From assembly GCA_965203555.1 (NCBI GenBank), contig CBDBCY010000004.1:2112001-2176000 (forward strand): a stretch of 64,000 nucleotides of DNA, read 5' to 3'. Position 1 is the first letter of the stretch, and each line of letters opens with the position of its first letter. The translations under genes were made by a program, and so were the position numbers. Origin of the DNA: Acidimicrobiia bacterium. Its GTDB lineage: Bacteria > Actinomycetota > Acidimicrobiia > Spongiisociales > ZC4RG35. Below are positions 8,846-18,242 of the stretch, piece by piece. The notes beneath the pieces are model-generated. The model saw only the letters and a list, made by a program, of their open reading frames with translations, was not told the DNA's origin and did not search any database.

Positions 8846-9060
8846 CGAAGGTACTTGCGGGACAGCGCTTCATAACGCGGATCGTCCGCCCGGACTGCCG
8901 GACGAAACCGGCCTCGCCAAACGTGAGGCGAAAGACCGAGTTCCTTCACCTATCACCTCCCGGAGGAACTGCTCGACGAGCGAGGACAGGGAAATGCCCC
9001 GGGAGCGGGCGTACCGCTTTGCTACCGGAATGAAGTCGGCTTCCACGGTGATGTATACGG
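8842..9060 (-). pseudogene. Frameshifted, 5'-truncated DUF6364-like (RHH) antitoxin
   Basis: ITVEADFIPVAKRYARSRGISLSSLVEQFL; removing one T near 8918 restores ...SFASRWRGRFRPAVRADDPRYEALSRKYLR*. Confidence 0.7.
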
Positions 9061-9184
9061 CAGGCCACACCGGGACCACCCCCGTCTCGGGGTCGGACCG
9101 TCCACCCCCTGGAAAGCTAAAATACGGGGAGCAGCGGCGGACGGAGCGTCCGCCGATAGCCCGCGACAGGACGAGTGGAGGCCC

Positions 9185-10336
9185 ATGGAAACCGGAATCT
9201 TCCTCTTTGGAGCAGTGGAGATGGATGATGCGGGCGCAGGTCCGCCGATTCCCACCGATCGCCGCTACAGCCAAAAGGACATGTGGTATGCGGCTGAGCG
9301 GATGCTTGACATGGGGGTGGTGACCGAACAGAGCGGCTTCGATATCTTCTGGTTGACCGAGCACCACTTCCAGTACGAGGGATACGAGGTGATACCCAAC
9401 GCGGTGCTGTTCGGGTCCGTGCTGGCCGAGCGGACCGAGACTCTTCGTATCGGGGCGTTGTTCAACATTGTCCCCCAGTGGAACCCCCTGCGATTCGCCG
9501 AGGACTTCGCCACGATGCATAACCTGTCAGGCGGCAGGGGGGTTCTGGGAGTGGGTCGAGGCACCGTGCCGCGAGAGGCGCAGACTCTCGGCTCCATGAT
9601 CGGAAGTCATGACAATCCCGACAAGGCCGAAGCCGATCGGATCAACCGGGAGATATTCGACGAGACGATGGACGTGATCCTGGCGGCCTTCGAGAACGAG
9701 ACATTCTCCTATCACGGGAAGCACTTTCGGTATCCCCCACCCGGGATCCCCGATCGGGGAGGGACGGTGCAGAAACTGACGCTGGTGCCCCGACCCCTGT
9801 ATCCCTACGACACCTGGCAGGCCATCACTTCGCCACCCACGTTGGAGTATGTTCCCAGGCGGGGCTGGGGAGGGGTGTTCTGGCTCAAGCACCACCGGTT
9901 CACGGTCATGTGGTGGAATCGGTTTGCCGAATTGTTCGAAGAGGCGCAGGGTGAAGCGTTGGAACCTGGTGAAAGACGGATGCTGGTCCTAAACGTTCGG
10001 GTGGAGGATACTCACGAAAAGGCGTGGGAGGCGGTCCGTGCGGGCCACGACGAGTTCTGGAAATTCCTGGGGCCCTACGGATGGAGCCGAGGTTACATGG
10101 GGGAAGACGGCAGGCCTTCTCCGCCGGGACTGATTCCCACCCTCGAACAGTCGGTGGAACAGAAGACCTGGGTGATCGGGACCGCGGAGGAAGTCGCCGA
10201 GGGCATCTCCTTCTATGCCGAGGCGCTGGGTGGTCTTAATCACCTGACCCTTTTCCCGCAAATGCCCGGAGATACCTATGACCAGTGCGCTGAACAGATT
10301 CAACGTCTGGGCCGGGAAGTCCTACCCCTTCTATAG
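9185..10336 (+). CDS. LLM-class (luciferase-like) flavin-dependent oxidoreductase
   Basis: GFDIFWLTEHHF, P.RFAEDFAT...LSGGR..LGVGRG; GGAGG SD upstream. Confidence 0.92.
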   Translation: METGIFLFGAVEMDDAGAGPPIPTDRRYSQKDMWYAAERMLDMGVVTEQSGFDIFWLTEHHFQYEGYEVIPNAVLFGSVLAERTETLRIGALFNIVPQWNPLRFAEDFATMHNLSGGRGVLGVGRGTVPREAQTLGSMIGSHDNPDKAEADRINREIFDETMDVILAAFENETFSYHGKHFRYPPPGIPDRGGTVQKLTLVPRPLYPYDTWQAITSPPTLEYVPRRGWGGVFWLKHHRFTVMWWNRFAELFEEAQGEALEPGERRMLVLNVRVEDTHEKAWEAVRAGHDEFWKFLGPYGWSRGYMGEDGRPSPPGLIPTLEQSVEQKTWVIGTAEEVAEGISFYAEALGGLNHLTLFPQMPGDTYDQCAEQIQRLGREVLPLL

Positions 10337-10384
10337 ATAGCGGCGCCGCCAGATGCTCTTTCTCCTTCCAGTTGCGGCGATCTG

Positions 10385-11374
10385 ATGGGTCATCAGGCCC
10401 TTGGGGAGTCCGGTCCGGTGGTAGCCGTGGTGAGCTACACCGATCGAGTCCCTTCCAAGTTGGCGGCCGTCGGAGAGGAAGCCATCTTGAAGGCGGCTTG
10501 CACACGGGAGAGGTTGGACGTCATCTTGCCGGAGGCTGAAGTCGCCCTGATCTGGAATTACAAATCGGGTCTCTTGAAGGAGTCGTGGCATCTCGCCCAC
10601 AACGTGAGCTGGGTGCATGTGGCGGCGGCGGGAGTGGACGGACCCCTGTTTCCGGGCTTGATAGAGAGCCCCGCGGTGATGACCAACGCTGCCGGGGTAT
10701 TCGACCATCCCATGGCGGAATGGACTCTCATGTTGATTCTCGCCTACGTGAAAGGGTTGTTCGACAACGTGGAGCATCAACGCCGGCGTCATTGGGCCTA
10801 CCGGGAGGTGGGAGTATTGGAAGGGCGGAAGGCGCTGATCATCGGAGCGGGTGGGATCGGCCGGGACATCGCCCGGGTGTTGGGCACGATGGGAATAGAT
10901 GTACGGGGGGTGGCGCGCAGCCGGCGCGAGGAAGATCCGGACTTCGGGACGATATATCCAGTCGAGGTTCTGAGTGATTTGCTTCCTTGGGCCGACTTCG
11001 TGATTGCGGCTCTTCCTCTGACTCCCCAAACCCTGGGGTTGCTGGGCGCCGAGCAGTTTTCGCAAATGAAGAAGACGGCCCGGTTCCTCAACGTGGGCCG
11101 CGGCGCCACCGTGGATGAAGAAGCCCTGATCCATGCCCTGCAGGCAGGGGTGATAGCCGGAGCGGCCTTGGATGTGTTCGCCACCGAGCCCCTTCCGCCC
11201 GACAGCCCCTTGTGGGATTTGCCCAATGTGTACGTGTCACCCCACATGTCGGGAAGCGGCTTCGAAGGGCGCCTGGCTGCTCAATTCCTCGACAATCTAC
11301 GCCGTTGGAAGCAAGGCCGTCCGCTGCTCAACGTGGTCGACAAACGCCTGGGCTTCGTGCCCTACCGCGGCTAG
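10385..11374 (+). CDS. D-2-hydroxyacid dehydrogenase family protein
   Basis: GAGGIG Rossmann motif, PLTPQT, NVGRG, LDVFATEPLP, SPHMSG. Confidence 0.92.
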   Translation: MGHQALGESGPVVAVVSYTDRVPSKLAAVGEEAILKAACTRERLDVILPEAEVALIWNYKSGLLKESWHLAHNVSWVHVAAAGVDGPLFPGLIESPAVMTNAAGVFDHPMAEWTLMLILAYVKGLFDNVEHQRRRHWAYREVGVLEGRKALIIGAGGIGRDIARVLGTMGIDVRGVARSRREEDPDFGTIYPVEVLSDLLPWADFVIAALPLTPQTLGLLGAEQFSQMKKTARFLNVGRGATVDEEALIHALQAGVIAGAALDVFATEPLPPDSPLWDLPNVYVSPHMSGSGFEGRLAAQFLDNLRRWKQGRPLLNVVDKRLGFVPYRG

Positions 11375-11408
11375 GTGGGCTCTGGTCGGACGGGCGGGGG
11401 CAGGCCGA

Positions 11409-11825
11409 TCAGATGGAACCTCGCGGAACAACCCACTCATGCGGTTGGCCGGTAACCGCAGCGATGCGTTCATAGTCGGCGTCGTAGTGGATAACCGTTA
11501 GATTGTTGACCTCTGCTACCGCGGCAATGAGCAGATCGGGCAGAGGGACCCTGTGTTGACCGCGTTGGGCCAACAGGTATTGAACTTCGATGGCTCGGTC
11601 GGTTGTCTCCTGGGTTATGGGATAGGAGGGAAGGGCTCGGCGTTGGGCGAGGAGGCTTTCATAGTCGGAGAGCGACCGGGCACTGTAAAGAACTTCGAGG
11701 TCGATTATGGGAGAAGTAGCTACGAGACCGTCCAATAACAGAGGCCCCAGTCGATCTGCTACGGGTTGTCGATCCAGCCGAGCCAGGGCACTCTTGTCCG
11801 CCAGCCACAATGGTGCTACCGCCAT
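11409..11825 (-). CDS. vapC: VapC PIN-domain toxin
   Basis: WLADKSAL, LEVLYSAR, DLLIAAVAE...VIHYDADY. Confidence 0.92.
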   Translation of the reverse strand: MAVAPLWLADKSALARLDRQPVADRLGPLLLDGLVATSPIIDLEVLYSARSLSDYESLLAQRRALPSYPITQETTDRAIEVQYLLAQRGQHRVPLPDLLIAAVAEVNNLTVIHYDADYERIAAVTGQPHEWVVPRGSI

Positions 11826-12022
11826 GCACCCGACATGATTTGATCATCACCCAGATCGATTCCCTCCCGGGTCACCAGTCGGCGCAGGTGGCGGCGGCGT
11901 AGTTCCGCGTTGATAAGTTCCCGAAGTGACGTGTTGACGGCCTCCTTTATGGTGACCGCTCCGATCAGTTCCCGCGCTTGGTCCAGCAAACTGTCATCGA
12001 TGTCCACCAGCCTCTTGGTCAT
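11816..12022 (-). CDS. vapB: VapB antitoxin (DUF2191-type)
   Basis: MTKRLVDIDDSLLDQARELIG..TIKEAVNTSLRE; overlaps vapC. Confidence 0.9.
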   Translation of the reverse strand: MTKRLVDIDDSLLDQARELIGAVTIKEAVNTSLRELINAELRRRHLRRLVTREGIDLGDDQIMSGAWR

Positions 12023-12030
12023 ACCTGTCT

Positions 12031-12062
12031 AGTATATATAAACAATAGGAGTTTGTATATAC
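12031..12062 (-). promoter_or_regulatory. vapBC promoter/operator: AT-rich inverted repeat overlapping a TATACT -10
   Basis: GTATATATAAAC-N7-GTTTGTATATAC (11/12 match); TATACT 8 nt before the ATG on the minus strand. Confidence 0.7.
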
Positions 12063-12094
12063 AGATGACGGAGAGGCTGGTGGAGTGCAGCTGC

Positions 12095-12811
12095 TCACAG
12101 ACTGCGGCCGCCTTCGATGACGATCACCTGGCCGGTGATAAAGGAGGACTTGTCTGAGCAGAGGAAGGCGATCAGGTCGGCGATCTCTTCAGGCTGGGCG
12201 GCCCTTTGCAGGGGAGTGCTCTTGACCAGCATTGCCTTCACCTCCGGCGGCATGGATCGGGTCATGGCCGTTTCGGTGAGGCCCGGTGCCACGGCGTTGC
12301 AGCGAACCTTCGGCGCCAGTTCACGGGCAAACGCCCTGGTCATGCCCACCAGACCTCCCTTGGACATGCCGTAGTTGAACTGGCCGAAGCTTCCCAGGTA
12401 AGCCCGGGAGGAAAGACTCACCACCGCCGATCCTTCCCCCAGGTGAGGGATCAGCCGCCGGGTGAGAAGATACGAGGCGCCAAGATTGACGCCTATCACC
12501 GACGTGAAATCTTCTCCGGTCATCTTCACCAACCGGACATCCCGGATGATCCCGGCATTGTTGATCAGCGCCGAGACTTCCCCACCTCGATGCAGCACTT
12601 CCTCGGCCACGCTTTCCCTTCCCTGCTCGGTGAAAAGGTCGGCCACCAGCCCGGTGGTGTCATCTCCACTGCCGAGGTCGGCGGCCGTTTCCATCACGGT
12701 GGGATCAAGATCCACCATCAAAGCGTGATATCCGTCCTCGACCAGTCGCGAGGAGATCGCCCTGCCGATACCCCGGGCTGCGCCGGTAACCACGGCGGTT
12801 GGTCTGGTCAT
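12095..12811 (-). CDS. Short-chain dehydrogenase/reductase (FabG-like)
   Basis: TGAARGIG, NNAG, YGMSK catalytic motif, FITGQVI.IEGG. Confidence 0.92.
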   Translation of the reverse strand: MTRPTAVVTGAARGIGRAISSRLVEDGYHALMVDLDPTVMETAADLGSGDDTTGLVADLFTEQGRESVAEEVLHRGGEVSALINNAGIIRDVRLVKMTGEDFTSVIGVNLGASYLLTRRLIPHLGEGSAVVSLSSRAYLGSFGQFNYGMSKGGLVGMTRAFARELAPKVRCNAVAPGLTETAMTRSMPPEVKAMLVKSTPLQRAAQPEEIADLIAFLCSDKSSFITGQVIVIEGGRSL

Positions 12812-13263
12812 GGGAGTGCTCTCGCCAGATGGGTTGAACCGAGGCGGATCAATTCTCCGGTGGTGCCCGGACGGTCGAGCAGCCGGGCGATCCAAGTGGC
12901 GACCACCTGTGGATCCGTGTGTTCATCCGTGGCCACCACGTTGGCCGGTATTCCCGCCCGGACGGTCTCCTGGGCGAGGTCACGCGCCGCCGAGAGCAGG
13001 CCGGTCGCCACCATGGCTTTGCCGGCGCCCCGTCTTCCCAGCAGATCGGCGCTGTCCACAACATAGACCACCGGCGCTCCTGCTCGGGCAGCTTCCCGGG
13101 AGAGCATGAACGCTTCCGTCATCTCGTCCAGTACCTCCTCCCAGTCATCACCCAGGGTCTGATCGGCCCAAAACACCAGACCCTGGGAGGATGTACCGGG
13201 CTCGACTCCAGCCCGGGCCAGCCGCTCCTGCCAGTCGGGAGCAGCCCGAAGATAACTTTGCAT
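12808..13263 (-). CDS. Degenerate SDR-like protein (no NAD-binding or catalytic motifs)
   Basis: C-terminal half resembles an SDR (GLLSAARDLAQE..RAGIPANVV ... TGELIRL); ATGA-coupled to the SDR. Confidence 0.65.
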   Translation of the reverse strand: MQSYLRAAPDWQERLARAGVEPGTSSQGLVFWADQTLGDDWEEVLDEMTEAFMLSREAARAGAPVVYVVDSADLLGRRGAGKAMVATGLLSAARDLAQETVRAGIPANVVATDEHTDPQVVATWIARLLDRPGTTGELIRLGSTHLARALP

Positions 13264-13454
13264 GACCCGTAAAGCTACCCTGCCGTCCGTGGGCCTGCAG
13301 ACATTATCTTTTGAGAAGGAAACGCGGCCAATGTTGCTGTGGAGCCGCGGCGCGGATCGGGAGGGCTTTGACCGGAAGGGTTATGACTTTCAGGGCTACC
13401 GTCGGGGATCCCGGCGCTGTGATTAGATCGTGAAGGGATCGGCACAGCGGTCCT

Positions 13455-14648
13455 CTATCCGTTGATCGCCGCCCCCTCGGTTACCAATTCAGCGATCTCC
13501 GAGGATGTGGCGCCCAACCCGGCCAGCACCTCGGCAGTGTGTTCTCCCAAGGCTGGGGCCGGAGTGTTGGCCCGGACCGATTCGGAATTCACCCGGAAGG
13601 GTGAACCTGTTTGAGTCAACCTCCCCAGACGGGGATGAACTTCTTGGTAGAACATCTCCTGGCGCAGAGCTTGAGCGTCTTCCATGACTTCGGGGAGGGC
13701 GAGAACCTTGCCCACCGGCACTCCGGCGGCCTGGAACTCTTCCTGCCAGGCATCCACGTCCCCGGTTGCAAGAATGGCCCCGAGTTCGGCGGCGATTACC
13801 TCTCGGTGCTGCACGCGGTCGGGGTTGGTGGGGTACCGGTCCGCCAGATCGGGGCGGCCGATCACCTCGCACAGTCTCCGAAAGTGGGTGTCGGCCACTA
13901 TCGCCACCGCCAGGTGTCCACCCTGCGCTTCGAACAGTTGGTTGGGCGCAGTGAAGGGAGATGCGGTCCCCATCCGGGGAGGTTGGCGCCCCTCCGCCAC
14001 GGCGATGGCATTCCAGGTCGACTGGGCGGCGATCAATCCGTCCCGCAGGGATACCTCCACTCTCTTCCCCTCACCGGTTCGGGCCCGCTCCACCAGGGCG
14101 GCGGAGATGAGGAAGGCGATGTTGGTTCCCGCCAGAAAATCTCCGATGGTGGTAGCTGTCTTTTGGAGGGGGTCGTCGGCATGGCCGGCGATGGAGACCA
14201 TCCCCGACTCGGCCTGAAAGATCAGGTCGATTCCCGGCCGGGCGGCGTCGGGGCCTTCGGTCCCGAAAGCCGACACCACCGCGTAGACGATGGCGGGGTT
14301 GGTTCTACGTACCTCGGATTCGCCCAGGCCGATTCGCTCCATCGCTCCCTGGCGCAGATTGTGCAGCAGAACGTCGGCGGCGCCGACCAGTTCGACCAGC
14401 CATCGCCGGGCCTTGGGATGGCGGGGATGAAGCGCCACCGACCGCTTGCCCCGGTTCATAGCCAGGTAGAAGGCCGACTCTCCGGCTACGAAGGGGGGAA
14501 AGGCCCGGGACAGATCGCCGCTGGGCAACTCGACCTTGATCACGTCCGCCCCCAGGTCGGCCAGGGCCATGCCGGCATAGGGCGCGCCCACCAGGTTGCC
14601 CATCTCCACCACCCTGATCCCCGACAGGGGACCGGACGGGATGGTCAC
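13455..14648 (-). CDS. Family III CoA transferase (CaiB/BaiF)
   Basis: PLSGIRVVE, LADLGADVIKVE, NRGKRS, ADVLLHNLRQG, APALGEHT; GTG at 14648 overlaps the thiolase stop. Confidence 0.93.
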   Translation of the reverse strand: MTIPSGPLSGIRVVEMGNLVGAPYAGMALADLGADVIKVELPSGDLSRAFPPFVAGESAFYLAMNRGKRSVALHPRHPKARRWLVELVGAADVLLHNLRQGAMERIGLGESEVRRTNPAIVYAVVSAFGTEGPDAARPGIDLIFQAESGMVSIAGHADDPLQKTATTIGDFLAGTNIAFLISAALVERARTGEGKRVEVSLRDGLIAAQSTWNAIAVAEGRQPPRMGTASPFTAPNQLFEAQGGHLAVAIVADTHFRRLCEVIGRPDLADRYPTNPDRVQHREVIAAELGAILATGDVDAWQEEFQAAGVPVGKVLALPEVMEDAQALRQEMFYQEVHPRLGRLTQTGSPFRVNSESVRANTPAPALGEHTAEVLAGLGATSSEIAELVTEGAAING

Positions 14649-15853
14649 ACCCTTTCCACCACCAGCGCGATTCCCTGCCCGACGCCGATGCACATGGTGG
14701 CCAGTCCGTAGCGGCCTTCCCGTTTGCAAAGCTCATGTACCAAGGTGGTAAGAATGCGGGCGCCTGAACAGCCCAGCGGGTGGCCCAGCGCGATCGCTCC
14801 CCCGTTCACGTTCAATCGACCTGGATCCAGGCCCAATTCGTTGCGGCAGGCGGCCGCCTGGGCGGCGAAGGCCTCGTTCAACTCCACCAGATCGAGGTCC
14901 TCCACATCCAGCCCGGCCCGGGCCAGTGCCTTTTGCGAAGCGGGAACCGGTCCGATACCCATCAGGTCGGGGTGTACTCCGGCCGCCGCGGTCGAGACCA
15001 AGCGGGCCATGGGGGTCAGGCCCGCCTTCTCCAATCCGGCGGCGGTGGCCAGAATCATGGCGGCGGCCCCGTCGTTCATGGGCGAGGAGTTGCCAGCGGT
15101 GACGGTCCCACCCTCCCGGAACACCGGGCGAAGCCTGGCCAGGGCCTCCATGGAGGTATTGGCCCGAGGCCCCTCGTCCGAGGTGATGGTGGCGATGGTC
15201 CGTTTCTTGGGTCCCACCGCGGCTTCTATCGGGACGATCTCGTCATCGAATCGTCCAGCCTGCTGGGCGGCGATGGCTCGCCGATGGCTGGTGAGGGCGA
15301 AACGGTCCTGATCGGTGCGGGTGACTCCGTACTTGGAGGCGACCTCCTCGGCGGTCTCGCCCATGCTGATCGGCGAGTACATGGCTTGCATGCGAGGATT
15401 GACGAGCCGCCAACCCAATACCGTGTCCACTATCTGCGGCGCCCCCACCCCGTAGGCCCGTTCCGGTTTGGTGACCACGAACGGAGCGCGGCTCATCGAT
15501 TCGGAGCCGCCGGCGATCATGATGTCCCCCCACCCCGCCGCCAGCGCCTGGGAGGCAGTGATGATGGCCTGCAGACCCGATCCGCACAGTCGGTTGACCG
15601 TTTGTCCGGCCGTCTCGATGCCCAATCCCGCCAGAAGGACCGCCATCCGCGCCACGTTGCGGTTGTCCTCGCCGGCCTGGTTGACCGCTCCCCACACCAC
15701 ATCCTCGATATCTCTTCCCTCAAGGCCCGGGTTGCGCTCCATAAGAGCCCCCACCACATGGGCAGCCAGGTCGTCCGGCCGCACGGCTGCCAGTTGCCCT
15801 CCGATCCGACCCATGGCAGTCCGACAGGCATCGGCGATGAAAACGTCAGTCAT
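14645..15853 (-). CDS. Acetyl-CoA C-acyltransferase (thiolase, PaaJ/PcaF-like)
   Basis: NRLCGSG, NEAFAAQ, GGAIALGHPLGCSG, MCIGVGQG. Confidence 0.95.
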   Translation of the reverse strand: MTDVFIADACRTAMGRIGGQLAAVRPDDLAAHVVGALMERNPGLEGRDIEDVVWGAVNQAGEDNRNVARMAVLLAGLGIETAGQTVNRLCGSGLQAIITASQALAAGWGDIMIAGGSESMSRAPFVVTKPERAYGVGAPQIVDTVLGWRLVNPRMQAMYSPISMGETAEEVASKYGVTRTDQDRFALTSHRRAIAAQQAGRFDDEIVPIEAAVGPKKRTIATITSDEGPRANTSMEALARLRPVFREGGTVTAGNSSPMNDGAAAMILATAAGLEKAGLTPMARLVSTAAAGVHPDLMGIGPVPASQKALARAGLDVEDLDLVELNEAFAAQAAACRNELGLDPGRLNVNGGAIALGHPLGCSGARILTTLVHELCKREGRYGLATMCIGVGQGIALVVERV

Positions 15854-16224
15854 TGGTTTGTCCTTTACTTGCTATCCGGATGTATACGGGTCGATTGGCG
15901 CCGCCGGCCACAGCGCCCGCGATGTCCGGTGCGTAGGCTGATGGCAACTGCAAGGTGGCGGCAACTCCCCGATGGCCCCCGGAAGTAATCTGTATACGAG
16001 ATGGGCCATTCGGGATCCCAGCCGTCGACTTGCAGGAAGGCCCGGTGGTGGGCGGGGCCTGACCGGTTGATCAACAGGATCAATCGGGGATTAGGGCCGG
16101 ACATGCACAGAGGCCTTTCTTCAATCGGGGCCGTTCTCTCCCTGGATTATGGCGGAACAGGCGGCGTCCGGCGCCCCAAAAGGGACGTTCACCCGATTCG
16201 TTCTACAGGCGAGGGTGCGGGCGG

Positions 16225-17277
16225 ATGAGCGTCGGCAGCCGGACGGCGGGCCTGGAACTGGTGGATCTGACTTTCCGGTATCCGGACGCATCCCGGCCGG
16301 CGGTTGACGGGTTCGATCTGGTGGTGAAACCTGGCGAACTGGTCTGCCTGTTGGGGCCTTCAGGATGCGGCAAGACAACGATCCTGAAAGCCATTGCCGG
16401 CTTGCTGAAGCCCACCCGGGGCGATATCCGGATGAACGGACGGTCTCTGGCGGGCATCCCAACGGAGAAACGCTCCACCGGGATGGTGTTCCAGAAACCT
16501 CAGTTGTTTCCTCATCTCACCGTGGGCGCCAACATCGGCTTCGGGCTGAGAATGCGCCGGGTCGATACGGTACAGATAAAGGCGCGAGTCCGGGAGATGC
16601 TGCACCTGGTGCAACTGGAGGGGATGGAAGATCGCCGGGTTACGGAGATCTCCGGTGGCCAGGCGCAGCGGGTGGCGTTGGCCAGGGCGTTGATCATTGA
16701 ACCCCAAGTGTGGTTGCTGGACGAACCGCTCAGTCAGTTGGACGCCAACTTGCGGGAAGAGATGCGAGAATTGATCCGCTCCATCCAGAAAAAACTGGGA
16801 GTCACCACCTTGTTTGTTACTCACGATCAGGAGGAGGGAGTGGTGCTGGCCGATCGGATCGGTCTGGTTCTGCAGGGCCGCCTGCAGCAGATCGGCTCCC
16901 CTCCGGAACTCCTGGAGGCGCCGGCAACGGTGGAGGTTGCCAGGTTCTTCGGGGGCCACAACCAGATTCAGGGAAGAGTGGAGGGAGAATGGTTCAAATG
17001 CGACCTTGGACTGTTCCGGTTGAGCCGTCCGTTTATCTCTGGCCCGGGGGTCCTGGTTATCCGTCAGGAAGCGGTGGAAACGGGAGCGGGGGAGAACTCC
17101 TTCTCCGCCCGGGTGGACCGGGCCAGGTACATGGGAACGCATCAGCAGGTGAAGTTGGCGGCCGGGCGGTTCTCGGTGGTTGTGAAAACCGCCCCAAGCC
17201 ATATCTTCCGGCCCGGCCAGACCATCCATGTGCGTTTCCCTCCTGATCGAATCTGGATAATTCCCAGCTCCGCCTAG
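16225..17277 (+). CDS. ABC transporter ATP-binding protein (PotA/FbpC-like, TOBE domain)
   Basis: GPSGCGKT, ISGGQAQR, LLDEP, VTHDQEE. Confidence 0.93.
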   Translation: MSVGSRTAGLELVDLTFRYPDASRPAVDGFDLVVKPGELVCLLGPSGCGKTTILKAIAGLLKPTRGDIRMNGRSLAGIPTEKRSTGMVFQKPQLFPHLTVGANIGFGLRMRRVDTVQIKARVREMLHLVQLEGMEDRRVTEISGGQAQRVALARALIIEPQVWLLDEPLSQLDANLREEMRELIRSIQKKLGVTTLFVTHDQEEGVVLADRIGLVLQGRLQQIGSPPELLEAPATVEVARFFGGHNQIQGRVEGEWFKCDLGLFRLSRPFISGPGVLVIRQEAVETGAGENSFSARVDRARYMGTHQQVKLAAGRFSVVVKTAPSHIFRPGQTIHVRFPPDRIWIIPSSA

Positions 17278-17501
17278 TCGTCGCGCCGACAAACAGACTG
17301 GTGGTAGTCACCGCGGTGGGGAACACAACTTGGACCGCAGTGATGGGATCGCGGTAGTTCCCCTCAACGCTGGTCCTTGACATATCTGTCGGAACGCTGA
17401 AGAGCTGCCGATCCGGGCGCGTGTGCCAGGAGATATCGAAGGCCATATCGTGGGAGGGTTATGCTTGCCTCACGAGGTTTTCTTCCCATCAAGGAGTCAC
17501 A

Positions 17502-18224
17502 ATGAACAATGACTGGAGCGACCTTTCGCGTCGCCTGAGCGATCTGCTCGGACTTGAGCACGCACCTATCGCAATCACGTTTTCCGAGGCGCCGGTTGCT
17601 TCCTACAGCGGTATCGATCCCTTCGGGGGCCCCCTGTCGGAACCTACTCCGGACGGTCGGTCCGGCGCGGTTCCCGCTCCTTGCGTTTTTTGGATGCACG
17701 CCCACACCCGCACCTTTTTCACCACCCCGGACGATCATGGCAACTGCTCGGTGGGCGAATACACCCACGGGCTGGTGGAGGCCGGCGACATACTGAACCG
17801 AGAGGATGTGGGAACGCTCCTGGAGGTCGGTTGGGTGACTATGGAGGCGTTTGCGGGAGTGGCGGCCCTGGAGCGGCGCCCCAGTTCGATCCTTTACGGA
17901 CCCCTGGCCGATACGCCGCACGACCCCGATGTCGTGTTGTTGAGACTTAGTCCTTATCAAGCCATGGAATTGGGCGACGCGGTCACTATCAATCTCAGCG
18001 GAAAACCGCAGTGTCAGATCCTTCCCATCGCCATTGACCAGGGCAAAGTTGCTCTGTCCATGGGATGTGCCCTGTCGAGGGCCCGCACTGGAATGGGTGA
18101 CGACGAACTCACCTGCGCGGTTCCGCCCGGACAGCTTGCGGAGATAGTGGCGAACCTGGAAGGTGTGGTGGGCGCCGACAAGCAGGTGGTGGGCTACGCT
18201 CACGCCGACGCCGCTCGCTTCTAG
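17502..18224 (+). CDS. DUF169 domain protein
   Basis: Cys pattern CVFW..A, HGNCSVG, KPQCQ, SMGCALSR; AAGGAG SD before the ATG at 17502. Confidence 0.75.
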   Translation: MNNDWSDLSRRLSDLLGLEHAPIAITFSEAPVASYSGIDPFGGPLSEPTPDGRSGAVPAPCVFWMHAHTRTFFTTPDDHGNCSVGEYTHGLVEAGDILNREDVGTLLEVGWVTMEAFAGVAALERRPSSILYGPLADTPHDPDVVLLRLSPYQAMELGDAVTINLSGKPQCQILPIAIDQGKVALSMGCALSRARTGMGDDELTCAVPPGQLAEIVANLEGVVGADKQVVGYAHADAARF

Positions 18225-18242
18225 AGACTCCGGCAGGTTCCT

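Noticed and set aside
15854-16224. TPP or other riboswitch upstream of the ABC ATPase
   Set aside because: No conserved riboswitch core was recognisable by eye; an Rfam scan would be needed.
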